A program made the translations under genes and the position numbers. 64,000 bases of DNA, taken from assembly GCA_046726415.1 (NCBI GenBank), contig JBKPAK010000024.1, positions 8,454-72,453 of the forward strand. Direction: 5' to 3'. This document shows, piece by piece, positions 20,457 through 29,780 of the stretch. Position 1 is the first letter of the stretch, and every line of letters begins with the position of its first letter. Under the pieces are notes generated by a model. The model had not been told where the DNA came from. It ran no database searches and saw nothing but the letters and a program-made list of their open reading frames with translations. The DNA is from Candidatus Methylomirabilota bacterium (GTDB lineage Bacteria > Methylomirabilota > Methylomirabilia > Rokubacteriales > CSP1-6).

Positions 20457-22499
20457 TCATCCCAGACCCGGAATGAACTCTCGCCCGGCTCTGAACTCGA
20501 CGGTCGAGCCCGCGAAGTCGTCCCCCACTGGCTCGTGGCGCCCGCCGAGGTGCTGCGCGAGGAACGCCTCGGCGACCGCGGTGAACGACCGGCGATTCTC
20601 GGGACGACGGAACCCGTGGCCCTCGTCGGTGTAGTAGACGTAGGTCACCGGGATGCCGCGCTGCTTCATGGCGGCCACGATCTGGTCCGACTCCGACGGT
20701 TTGACACGTACGTCGTTCGCGCCCTGCGCGATCAGCAGCGGGCGGACGATCCGATCCACGCGGTTGAGCGGAGAGCGATCCTGCAGGAAGAGCTGGCCGG
20801 CCTCCGTCGTGTAGTCCCCCATCCGGGCCTTCCAGATGGTCTGCCACGGCTTCCAGTACGGGGGAATGGTGTTCATGAGCGTGATGAGATTCGAGATTCC
20901 GAAGATATCGACGGCGCAGGCGAACTTTTGAGGCGTGAAGGTCACACCGACCAGCGCCGAGTACCCCCCGTAGCTGGCGCCGTAGATCGCGATCCGCTTC
21001 GGATCGGCGATCCGTCGGGCGATGGCCCAGTCGACCCCGTCGATCAGATCGTCGTGCATCTTCCCCGCCCACTCCAGATTCGCGGCGTTGACGAAGGCCT
21101 TGCCGAATCCCGTCGAGCCCCGGAAGTTGACGCTCAGAACAGCGTAGCCGCGGTTGGCCAGCCACTGGTGGGTAGACGACAGCCCCCAAACGTCTCGCCC
21201 CCAGGGGCCGCCGTGCACCAGGAGTACCATCGGTCCCGGGCCGCCGCGCTCGGCGCCTCGCGGGCGCGATAGGTAGCAGACAAGTGGCAGTCCGTCGCGT
21301 GCCCGCAGCTCGACTGGCTGCATCGGCACGAGCGGAGCCTTTTCCAGGGCGGGGCGCGCCGTGAACAGGAATCGCGCCTTCCTCGTGGGGCGGTTGTAGT
21401 GGAAATACTGTCCGGGGGCGGCATCGCGCTCGTAGTAGACGACCCAGTTCTGCCGGTCGTCCGATAGCCTGACACCGGTGAGGTCGCCGGTCGAGACGCG
21501 GCCGAGGTAGGCATAGTCGGCGGCGTATGCGGGATCGATCACCCGCCAGCGCCGGCGCGTGAACATCGTCATCGCCGCGAACGGACGGTAGGTCGACGGG
21601 TCGAGCGCCAGCTCCACGAAGTCGGCCTTCGCATCCTGGGCCAGGACCCGCACCGCGCCGGTGGCGAGGTTCTGCGCGACGACCGCCGCCGTGTCACGAC
21701 CACGGGTGTCGAGCCAGAAGAGCTCGGTGCCGTCGTCGGAGGACCCGACGGCGCGCGTGGTCATGGCGTCTGCCATCGGAGTGTGGGTGAACAGTTCCCA
21801 GTCGCCGCCTGCTCCGCGCTGCAGATACTCGATGCCACCGTCGTCGGTGAAACGGGCGGCGAAGCGGACGCGGAACCGGGGATCGGTGACGTGAAACGCG
21901 AACCCCTCGTTTTCCTGGAGAAGCGTCGCGTGTCCGGTCGCCACGTTGACGCGGAAGACGTCGAAGTAGCGCTGATCGCGCTGGTTGTGGGCGATCAGCA
22001 GCTCGCCTGGGAAGTGGCGGGAGGTCTGTTGGACGTAGGATTTGACGCCCGGACCGGGGGTGAGCGGCAGGACGTCCCCCGTCTCGAGATCGACCCGATG
22101 GGTCTGCCAGTTCTCGTCGCCGCCCTGCTCGCGGAAGAACACGACGTGCCGGTTGTCGTGGAGCCAGACCAGCCAGGGCCCGAGATTCCGGTCGGTCACG
22201 CGAGTGAACGGGCGCGCCTTCGTCACGTCCCCGATCGGACCGACCCACAGGTTCAGCACGCCGGCAAGGGGAGCCAGAAATGCCAGGCGCAGTCCGTCCG
22301 GACTGATGCGGACGACCGACCGGTCGGCATCGGCGAACAGGAGCAGGCGGGGCAGCAGCGGCACCGCCGTCTCTGCTGTCGCAGACACCGGAGTGCCGGT
22401 CGACTGCGCGCGGGGTAGTCGGACGCCACCCCCCAGCACCACCGCACCGGCCGAGGCCGCGAGGAGGAGGTGACGACGATTGAGCTCGTGGCGATTCAT
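20457..22499 (-). CDS. S9 family peptidase with Tat-like signal peptide
   Basis: MNRHELNRRHLLLA twin-Arg leader; VHGGPW, GASYGGY, NDVRV, DEGHGF. Confidence 0.92.
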   Translation of the reverse strand: MNRHELNRRHLLLAASAGAVVLGGGVRLPRAQSTGTPVSATAETAVPLLPRLLLFADADRSVVRISPDGLRLAFLAPLAGVLNLWVGPIGDVTKARPFTRVTDRNLGPWLVWLHDNRHVVFFREQGGDENWQTHRVDLETGDVLPLTPGPGVKSYVQQTSRHFPGELLIAHNQRDQRYFDVFRVNVATGHATLLQENEGFAFHVTDPRFRVRFAARFTDDGGIEYLQRGAGGDWELFTHTPMADAMTTRAVGSSDDGTELFWLDTRGRDTAAVVAQNLATGAVRVLAQDAKADFVELALDPSTYRPFAAMTMFTRRRWRVIDPAYAADYAYLGRVSTGDLTGVRLSDDRQNWVVYYERDAAPGQYFHYNRPTRKARFLFTARPALEKAPLVPMQPVELRARDGLPLVCYLSRPRGAERGGPGPMVLLVHGGPWGRDVWGLSSTHQWLANRGYAVLSVNFRGSTGFGKAFVNAANLEWAGKMHDDLIDGVDWAIARRIADPKRIAIYGASYGGYSALVGVTFTPQKFACAVDIFGISNLITLMNTIPPYWKPWQTIWKARMGDYTTEAGQLFLQDRSPLNRVDRIVRPLLIAQGANDVRVKPSESDQIVAAMKQRGIPVTYVYYTDEGHGFRRPENRRSFTAVAEAFLAQHLGGRHEPVGDDFAGSTVEFRAGREFIPGLG

Positions 22500-22771
22500 C
22501 GGTCGGGCCTCCCTCGACGCGATTCCGCGTGATCGGCGCTCGCCATGGGCCGGGACGCGTCGCGATACCGTGACCAGCCCGGGACGTCGAGCCCGGTCCG
22601 CCCGATCATCCGTCCCAGCATCATTGCTGAGGCGCTGCGCGCCGACAAGTGCCACAAAACGGGATTCCGCCTTTGCGTGGAGCGATAGCCGGCGCGATCG
22701 AGGACATCGGCCGCCAGCCCGCGAGGGAAGGGCCGTGCGCATGCCTTCGTCGCCGCGGGGGGACGATGAGC

Positions 22772-23098
22772 TTAGCGCGCGGGAGCAGGAGGGCCTGGAA
22801 CGGTGGGGGTGGTCCGCTGCCGTTCCAGCGCTTCCAGGCGGCGGGCGAGCTCATCGCGCTCGGCCCGCAGGGTGTGGACCTGCTGCTCGCGCTGGGCCAG
22901 GCGCTGCTCCAGCTGCGCCAGCCGGTTGTGAAGCTGGGCCTCCTGCGCATACAGCGCTCGCAGCTCCTCTTCCAGGCGCATCGCGCGCTGCCGCGCCGGC
23001 AGGAGCCCGGCGAAGAGAACGTAGACGGTGAGGACGGCGAACAGCACGCTCGCCGCCACGAGAAACCACGGGACCGCGGCGCGAACGCGATCCGCCAC
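22772..23098 (-). CDS. Hypothetical membrane-anchored coiled-coil protein
   Basis: N-terminal TM helix followed by Leu/Glu/Gln heptads. Confidence 0.7.
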   Translation of the reverse strand: MADRVRAAVPWFLVAASVLFAVLTVYVLFAGLLPARQRAMRLEEELRALYAQEAQLHNRLAQLEQRLAQREQQVHTLRAERDELARRLEALERQRTTPTVPGPPAPAR

Positions 23099-23171
23099 GA
23101 GCGGGAATTCTAGCAGAATCCCCCGAGGCTCTCGGTGACTGGAGTGCTATCATCGGCCTTGAGAGGAACTC

Positions 23172-23684
23172 GTGGAGCTGCGACGCTTCTTCGATCGGGC
23201 GGTGCGCGCCAGCTTCGCTGACCTGGCCCATCGAGATGATCCCGTGGCGCCGTACCTGGTCGACCTCCTCACCCGCTTCGCCCGCACGGAAAACCTCTTT
23301 CCGCCGGGGAGCACCGTGCCGCGCCTGGAGACCGTGGCCGACATGCTCATCGAGATCCAGGGGCTCTGGGACGACCGGATGCCGTCGTTCCAGCCCCAGC
23401 GCGAAGTATCGGTGCGACGCCACATAGGCGATTTCACCCTGTTCATGACGGGAATCTTCCGCGAGCGCGTCGAGCGCGCGGCCTCCGCCGGGTACTACAT
23501 CGTCGAGGGCAAGCGAGCCTATCGCTTCGTCTCCGAACATGCCCGCGCGCGGGCCGAGGTCGACGCGCCCTATCGTTGGCTGGCCGAGCGGTTCGAGAGC
23601 TATGCGCGCGTGCTGGACTACACGCGCCGCGTGCACTTCTACGATTACCCGCCGCACACCTTCTTCCGTCTGCACTTCGAATGA
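23172..23684 (+). CDS. Conserved-looking hypothetical protein
   Basis: GAGG RBS; YLVDLLTRF, RHIGDFTLFMTGIFRE, YYIVEGKRAY; typical codon usage. Confidence 0.8.
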   Translation: MELRRFFDRAVRASFADLAHRDDPVAPYLVDLLTRFARTENLFPPGSTVPRLETVADMLIEIQGLWDDRMPSFQPQREVSVRRHIGDFTLFMTGIFRERVERAASAGYYIVEGKRAYRFVSEHARARAEVDAPYRWLAERFESYARVLDYTRRVHFYDYPPHTFFRLHFE

Positions 23685-23704
23685 CGCCCGGAGCCAGTCG
23701 AAGT

Positions 23705-23820
23705 ATCGAGGAGCTCCCCCGAGCGCGACGAGCGCGGGGAGCATGGAGGGAAGCCCTGGCTCCGCTGGGGTGTCCCGAGCGTCGGTGGGTTTGGCGGGCC
23801 CTGTCGAGGCCTCCCATCTC
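23705..23820 (-). repeat. REP-like repeat (full unit plus half unit)
   Basis: Reverse complement GAGATGGGAGGCCTCGACAGGGCCCGCCAAACCCACCGACGCTCGG... aligns to 20280-20357. Confidence 0.8.
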
Positions 23821-23844
23821 CCTCGCCCGGCCGAGGTCGCGCTC

Positions 23845-24990
23845 ATGACCTCGCCCACCGCGGAGGCCGTAGCCGAGTGCCGCCGCAGGCTCGACGCCAC
23901 ACTTCACAGCCCTGGCGACATCGAACCGTCGGCCCTCGCTGTGTTCGCGCGCCTACCCGCCAAGGACCTGGACGCGCTGCTGCGCGGATTTGCCGCCGAG
24001 CACGGCGCCGCCGCGCTCCCCGCCCTGACTGCGCTGGCCTCGGATCCAGCCGACCGGACGCTCCGGCGCGCGGCCAGGCTCGCGCTGTACCGCCTGGCCC
24101 AGCGCGGGGTCGCCGCGCCGCGGCCGGCCCCGCCGCGACCTGTCGTGGAACAAGAGTCCGAACGCGCGAGGCGGGCGTGGGTCTCAGGCATCGACGGCAG
24201 TGGCTCGCGGGCAATGTGGATCGTCTTCGAGGGGAGCTTCGGTGGCGGCGCGCTGTGCTCGGTGATCGTCAATGACGTGGCCGGCATCCTCGAGGCGGCG
24301 GGCGGCGACATCACCAGGAAGCGGCTGGAGCGCGAGCTGGCCGCCCTGCGCGCCTCGCAAAAGCTGCCGTGGGTCGAGACCGATCCCGCGCGCGCGGTGG
24401 CGCTCGTCCGCGAAGCCCTCGCGCTTCACGCCGCGCTAGGAACGGCGCCACCCGCCGCTTTTGGCCGCTGGCAGCGCTTCTTCGAGGAGGGCACTCCCGC
24501 ACCAGCGCCCACCGTGTCGCCCGCGTCCACGGACCACGCGGAGTCCTCAGCGCTCGATCGCTCAACCGAGCTGCTCGACTTGCCCGACTTCGCCGGTTGG
24601 TTTCTCGATCCCGAGGCGTTGCAGAGCGATGCCGTCGCGCTCCTTCAGACCCGCGAAAGCCGGCTCGTCGTCTCCGATCAGATCAAGGCCGAACGCGAGG
24701 CGGCCATCGTCGATGCTGTGATGGCGCGCGAGTTCACGCCAGAGGGCCGGCGCCGATGGGCGCGCCGCCTGGAGGAGATGGCGCTCATCCTCGCCGCTAC
24801 CGACCGGGCGGAGGCGTCGATGTTGGCGACGACCGCCGCCGCCGCGTTGCGCGACCAGACGCGCGAGGCTCGACGCCACCCGTTAGCCCTGGCATTGGCT
24901 CGGCGCGGGCTGGAGGTCGCGAGCGAGGTCGCTCTGGGCCGAGTCAAGCTCGCCGACGTCAGCCGCAAGCCCGGCGCCGCCGGGACGTGA
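23845..24990 (+). CDS. Hypothetical helical protein (HEAT-like N-terminal part)
   Basis: ATG after GAGGT; stop overlaps GTG of next gene; upstream ORF extension crosses the repeat. Confidence 0.72.
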   Translation: MTSPTAEAVAECRRRLDATLHSPGDIEPSALAVFARLPAKDLDALLRGFAAEHGAAALPALTALASDPADRTLRRAARLALYRLAQRGVAAPRPAPPRPVVEQESERARRAWVSGIDGSGSRAMWIVFEGSFGGGALCSVIVNDVAGILEAAGGDITRKRLERELAALRASQKLPWVETDPARAVALVREALALHAALGTAPPAAFGRWQRFFEEGTPAPAPTVSPASTDHAESSALDRSTELLDLPDFAGWFLDPEALQSDAVALLQTRESRLVVSDQIKAEREAAIVDAVMAREFTPEGRRRWARRLEEMALILAATDRAEASMLATTAAAALRDQTREARRHPLALALARRGLEVASEVALGRVKLADVSRKPGAAGT

Positions 24991-25952
24991 TCACTCGCGT
25001 TCCCGGCATCCGCGTCGGGCATGAGACGGACGCGCGCGCCTGCACCGGGGTGACCGTGGTCCTCTGCGACCGGCCGGCCGTGGCCGGGGTCGAGCTGCGC
25101 GGGGGAGCGAACGACGTCGTGGGGCTGGACTATCTCGATCCCCGCCACCTGGTGAGCACGGTCAACGGCGTCGTGCTGGCAGGCGGGAGCCGCTTCGGTG
25201 GCGAATCCATCTGGGGCGTCATGCGCTACCTGGAGGAGCGCGGGGTCGGCTTCGCGGCCGGCCCCACAATCGTGCCTCACGTACCCGGCGCGTTTCTGTT
25301 CGATCTCAACGTGGGCGATGGCCGGGTTCGCCCCACGCGCGAGATGGGTTACGCGGCCGCGGCGGCGGCCACCTCCGGCGCGTTTGCGGAGGGCAGCGTG
25401 GGCGCGGGCACAGGTGCCAGCGTGGGCAAGGTCCTCGGCATCGCCCGGGCCATGCGGGGGGGAATTGGCACCGCGAGCACGGCGCTGGGTGACGCGGTGG
25501 TGGGGGCCATCGTGGCGGTCAACGCCCTGGGCGACGTGCGCGATCCTGTCACAGGTGCGCTCATTGCGGGAACCCGCGAGGGGACCGATCGCCTCGAGCT
25601 CTCCGACTCGGAAGCGCTTCTCAGGTCGACCACTCCGCTCACCCGCTTCGGGACGCCGGCCCACACCACGATCGGGGTGGTGGCTACCAACGCGCGGCTC
25701 GCCAAGCCGGACGCAGCGAAAGTCGCCGCGCTGGGGCTCATCGGCTTTGCCCGCGCGCTGTCCCCTCCGCACACCGCCTTCGACGGCGACACGCTGTTCG
25801 TCCTGTCCGTCGGGGACGTGCCGGCCGACCTCACGCGTCTCGGGCTCGCCGCCGCCGACGTGGTCGCCCACGCCATCGCGCGAGGCGTGCGCGCCGCCGC
25901 TTCCCTGCCTGGCCTCCCGGCGGCGCGAGACGTGACGAAAGCCCCAGCCTGA
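24987..25952 (+). CDS. P1/S58 family peptidase (DmpA-like)
   Basis: ITRVPGIRVGH, TGVTV, GSVGAGTG, VAVNALGD, HTTIGVVATN, HTAFDGD. Confidence 0.9.
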   Translation: MITRVPGIRVGHETDARACTGVTVVLCDRPAVAGVELRGGANDVVGLDYLDPRHLVSTVNGVVLAGGSRFGGESIWGVMRYLEERGVGFAAGPTIVPHVPGAFLFDLNVGDGRVRPTREMGYAAAAAATSGAFAEGSVGAGTGASVGKVLGIARAMRGGIGTASTALGDAVVGAIVAVNALGDVRDPVTGALIAGTREGTDRLELSDSEALLRSTTPLTRFGTPAHTTIGVVATNARLAKPDAAKVAALGLIGFARALSPPHTAFDGDTLFVLSVGDVPADLTRLGLAAADVVAHAIARGVRAAASLPGLPAARDVTKAPA

Positions 25953-26015
25953 AAGGGGGGCGCAGAATCGAGCGGCCCGGGTTCCCCCGCGCCGCGGCCG
26001 CCGAGACCAGCGGGC

Positions 26016-26364
26016 CTAATCGGGGAGCGGCTGCCCACGCGCCTCGGGACCGGCGAAGGGCGTCGCCACGAGTCCCAGCACATAGACGGCGCTCAGCAAG
26101 GCGGCGGCTGGGGCGGAGCCTCCCAGCGAGTCCACGACCCACCCCGCGACCAGAGGCCCGAAGGCCGCCAGGTAACGAGCGCTGTTGAAGCCGATCGCGG
26201 CCCCTGTGCTGCGGACCGCAGTGGGATAGACCTCGGGAGGGTAGACCCCTGATGGCCACGGCGCCGACGAGGATCAGCGCATACGTCTCGTACCCGTCGA
26301 AGAGCCAGCGGCCGGCCGACGCGACGAGGGCCCGCCGGGCTGCCGGGTCGGGTGGCCTGCTCAC
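26016..26364 (-). pseudogene. MFS transporter remnant with large internal deletion and frameshift
   Basis: TM1 ...WLFDGYETYALILV joined out of frame to C-terminal PEVYPTAVRSTGAAIGFNSARYLAAFGP...PEARGQPLPD*. Confidence 0.8.
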
Positions 26365-26426
26365 GCGATCGGGAATCAGACGAGGCGGGGCCACCAGATT
26401 GCCGCCGATCGGTTTAGACTGAGCGC

Positions 26427-26723
26427 ATGCCGAGACGCGGCAAGGTCATTCCGCTCCCCAGTGCGCGGCGGACGCCCCGGCCAGCCGGGAGCGAGCGCGA
26501 GTTCGCCGAGGTGCATCGCTGTGACCAGGCCGAGGCGCTCGTGGTGAAGGGACTCTTCGAAAGCGAGGGCATCCCGACCCTGCTCCGCTCCCATCTCGTC
26601 GCCTCGGTGCACCCCTTCAGCGTGGGCGACCAGGGCGAGGTCGTCGTCCTCGTTCCCAAGGATCAGCTCCCGCGGTGCCGGCCGCTGTTGATCAGATTGG
26701 TCCGCCGGCCCTTGCCCTCCTGA
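26427..26723 (+). CDS. DUF2007-like putative signal transducing protein
   Basis: EALVVKGLFESEGIP motif, VVVLVP. Confidence 0.75.
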   Translation: MPRRGKVIPLPSARRTPRPAGSEREFAEVHRCDQAEALVVKGLFESEGIPTLLRSHLVASVHPFSVGDQGEVVVLVPKDQLPRCRPLLIRLVRRPLPS

Positions 26724-26744
26724 ACGGTCGGAAGCGGATCCTCG

Positions 26745-27677
26745 TCACTCCATCGCCGCCACGACGGCTTCCAGCGCTCCCCCGATGAGAGCGAGCGCGG
26801 TCGGTTGGATGGTGGAGCCGGCATCGCGGGGGGTGTGATAGGTGTCAAAGGGCGGCGGCCGACGCACCAGGTGCATGAGCACCCCCCGAGCCGGCTTCAG
26901 CGCGAACTGGCGCAGGGCGTCCGCATGGGCGAGCGGCATGACGCTGAGCCCGTAGGCGGGAATCCCGGCGGCGGCGAAGGCGCGGTGGTCGCTGCCAAAG
27001 ACGGGGATACGCCCCACTTGATGGTACGTCGCGTCCCGGGTCAGCCCGTATGCCTCGAAGCCGGCGCGGACGGCGCCGAGAAATGGCGTCTCCGTGGTGG
27101 CATCCCAGACGGCAAGGCAATCCCCGATCCCGCACAGCTCGAGACTCAGCGCGCCGACGACGTCGCGGAGCGGCACCTCGCGGACGTAGGCGCGAGCGCC
27201 GAGATAGCCCAGCTCCTCGGCCGCCGTAAAGAGCAAGCGGACCCGCACGTGGGGCGGGACCAGGCGCGGCAACCGCTCGAGCAGCGATAGGAGAACGGCC
27301 ACGGCCCCCGCGTTGTCGTTGGCCCCCGGGCTCCCAGGCACCGCGTCGTGATGGGCGATGAGAACGAGCGTGCGTGAGCCGTCTCCGATATCGACGCTGA
27401 AGTTCTCTCCAGTCCCCTCGAACGTGGCGAACCGGTGGCGGCCTATCTCGACCCTCCGCGCCTCAAGACAGCGGAGCACGGCGGCCTCGCGCTCTTCGTT
27501 CGACCGCCCTTCGAGCAGGGCGAGCAGCGCGGCGGGCGAGCGCGCGTCGCGGATCACGTCGCCCACCGGCGGCGGGGTGATGCCGTGAGGCCGCTGGCCG
27601 GCGTTGACGAGCCCACTCACGTGGCTGTTGAGCTTGCCGCGCAGGTAGTACCCGACGTCGCGCAGACCGATGGCCGT
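26745..27677 (-). CDS. M28 family metallopeptidase (start uncertain: 27677 ACG or 27620 GTG)
   Basis: IAHHDAV, GANDNAGAV, AEELGYLGA, SDHRAF, YHTPRD. Confidence 0.85.
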   Translation of the reverse strand, partial: TAIGLRDVGYYLRGKLNSHVSGLVNAGQRPHGITPPPVGDVIRDARSPAALLALLEGRSNEEREAAVLRCLEARRVEIGRHRFATFEGTGENFSVDIGDGSRTLVLIAHHDAVPGSPGANDNAGAVAVLLSLLERLPRLVPPHVRVRLLFTAAEELGYLGARAYVREVPLRDVVGALSLELCGIGDCLAVWDATTETPFLGAVRAGFEAYGLTRDATYHQVGRIPVFGSDHRAFAAAGIPAYGLSVMPLAHADALRQFALKPARGVLMHLVRRPPPFDTYHTPRDAGSTIQPTALALIGGALEAVVAAME

Positions 27678-27681
27678 TCCC

Positions 27682-28461
27682 CTACGCGAGACGGAAGAGG
27701 GCGCGGGCGTTTGCCGAGGTCCCGGCGGCGAATCGCTCCAGCGGCTCGCCGCGCAGCGCCGCCACGCGAGCGGCGGTGATCGCGAGGTACGCCGGTTCGT
27801 TCCGCTTACCCCGGTAGCCTTCCGGAGGGAGGAAAGGGCAGTCGGTCTCGAGGACGAGGCGATCGGCCGGGACGAAGCGGGCGACGTCGGGAAGGGCCCG
27901 CGCATTCTTGTACGTGACGGGCCCGGCAAGGGAGATCAGCAGCCCGAGGTCCAGGCAGCGCCTCGCCACCGCCACATCGCCGGAGAAGCAGTGCATGACC
28001 CCGCCGATCTCGCCGACCCTGGTCTCGGCGAGGATAGCCAGGGTCTCGCGATGGGCGTCGCGACAGTGGATCACGACCGGCTTGGCCACGCGGTGGGCCA
28101 GTTCGAGCTGCCGGCGGAAGACATCCACCTGCACCTCGCGCGGCGAGAGATCGCGGAAGAAATCGAGCCCGATCTCCCCCACCGCCACCACGCGCGGCGT
28201 CAGGGCCATGCGCTCGATCTCCGCCAGGACCGATGCCTCGGCGCTGGCGGCATCATGAGGATGCACCCCGACGGTGGCCCATACGTCGGGCTCTTGTCCA
28301 GTGAGCGCGATGGCTGCTTGCGACGTCGAAAGGTCGGTGCCGATGGTGACCAGGCCCCGGACGCCTGCGGCACGCGCGCGCCCGATCACGCCGTCGCGAT
28401 CGTCGTCGTACTCGGGGACGTGCAAGTGTGCGTGCGTGTCAAACAGCTCGGGCAGGCTCAC
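27682..28461 (-). CDS. tatD: TatD family hydrolase
   Basis: DTHAHL, GVHPH, GEIGLD, IHCRDA, HCFSG, ETDCPFL. Confidence 0.95.
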   Translation of the reverse strand: MSLPELFDTHAHLHVPEYDDDRDGVIGRARAAGVRGLVTIGTDLSTSQAAIALTGQEPDVWATVGVHPHDAASAEASVLAEIERMALTPRVVAVGEIGLDFFRDLSPREVQVDVFRRQLELAHRVAKPVVIHCRDAHRETLAILAETRVGEIGGVMHCFSGDVAVARRCLDLGLLISLAGPVTYKNARALPDVARFVPADRLVLETDCPFLPPEGYRGKRNEPAYLAITAARVAALRGEPLERFAAGTSANARALFRLA

Positions 28462-29780
28462 TGAAGGATCTCCTCGATGACGCGGCCCTCGACGGCAGGC
28501 GCGGCGATGCCGAGCAGCCGCGCCGCGGTGGGGGCGATGTCGATCAGGCGGATCCGCTCCACGGCCCCCCCCGCGCGCACGCCTGGGCCCGCCGCCAGGA
28601 AGCCCGTGGCCATGCTGGGGCGGAATGGCAGAAACCCGTGCGTCCCACGACGCGCGAGGAGGGCCGGTGCCTCGATCGGCCCGCAGGCGCCGACCAGATC
28701 GAAGCCCGCCGCCGCCTCGATGGCAAAGGCCGCTCCGGGCATCGCTCCGAGCGCGTCGAGTTCCCGCCGGCTCACGATGGTCAGGCGGCCGGAGGCGGCC
28801 TGACGCAGCGCCGTCTCCGCGCTGAGGGCAATGGCCGCGTCGTCCGCGGGGTTCACAAAGACGGCCGCCGCACCGCCGGCGAGGTGCGCGGTGGCCCGCC
28901 ATCCATGGCCGGCCCGCGGACACTCGCGCAGGCCGGCGTCCGCCAGGATTTGATTCGGAGAGAGCGTTCGCTCCACGTTCTGAAATCCGTGGTCGCCGGT
29001 CACGATGATCGCCGTGCGCTCGGCGAGGCCTGCCTCGGTGAGGGCGCGACGCAGCGTTCCGAGGTGCGCGTCGATGCGCGTGAGGGCCGGCTTGACGTCC
29101 GCTCCCTCGCGTCCACCCCGGTGCTGGAAGTAGTCGAGCTGCACCAGGTGCAGGAGCACGAGATGCGGGCGCGCGTCGCGGATCATAGCGGCCGCCGAAG
29201 CGGTGAGAAAACCGTCCCACTCGACCACGTTGCGGAAAATCTCCTCGCGCGGCGATAGGCCGAGCCGTTCGAAAAGCCCGGGCGTCACCGCCGCCCGCAA
29301 CGCCTCCAGCGCGTCGCGCCTGGCGTAATAATCGCGCTCGGGCAGGAGCAGGTCGATGCGGGCGCCGAGCGTCGACGGCCATGACACGCCGGCCGTGCGC
29401 CGGCCCGCCGCGCGGGCCCACTCCCAGAGCGCCGTGGCGCGCAGGTCGGCGGCTTCCTCGTACCAGCGGCCGCGCTCGCCGATTGGCTCGAAGAGCACGT
29501 TGAAGCTGATCCCGTGGCGCGCGGGCCTCACGCCGGTGGCGATCGACGCGTGACTCGGATACGTCACCGTCGGGAAAACGCCCTCCGCCACCCGCGCGTG
29601 GCTGCCTGCGCGGAGCAGGGCCCGAAGCTCCGGAGCGGCGTACGCCTCGTCGAGGTAGAACTCGGGGCGGAGGCCATCGAGCGAGATCAGAAGCAGGTGT
29701 CGGCTGGCCTCCTGGGCGCGTGCGCCCGAGCCGGCGCCGAGCAGGGCGACCGCGAGGAGCAACCGCCACCAGCGGCTCAT
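28458..29780 (-). CDS. Nucleotide pyrophosphatase/phosphodiesterase (alkaline phosphatase superfamily), exported
   Basis: Signal peptide MSRWWRLLLA; ISLDGLR, FPTVTYPSH, TGDHGF, GTHG. Confidence 0.9.
   Translation of the reverse strand: MSRWWRLLLAVALLGAGSGARAQEASRHLLLISLDGLRPEFYLDEAYAAPELRALLRAGSHARVAEGVFPTVTYPSHASIATGVRPARHGISFNVLFEPIGERGRWYEEAADLRATALWEWARAAGRRTAGVSWPSTLGARIDLLLPERDYYARRDALEALRAAVTPGLFERLGLSPREEIFRNVVEWDGFLTASAAAMIRDARPHLVLLHLVQLDYFQHRGGREGADVKPALTRIDAHLGTLRRALTEAGLAERTAIIVTGDHGFQNVERTLSPNQILADAGLRECPRAGHGWRATAHLAGGAAAVFVNPADDAAIALSAETALRQAASGRLTIVSRRELDALGAMPGAAFAIEAAAGFDLVGACGPIEAPALLARRGTHGFLPFRPSMATGFLAAGPGVRAGGAVERIRLIDIAPTAARLLGIAAPAVEGRVIEEILQ

Noticed and set aside
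22635-22655. TGGCAC on the minus strand upstream of the Tat peptidase as a sigma54 promoter
   Set aside because: No -12 TTGC-like element at the correct spacing
27682-29769. 695-aa TatD fusion and 769-aa phosphodiesterase ORF extensions
   Set aside because: N-terminal extensions overlap real upstream genes in other frames; true starts are coupled to upstream stops
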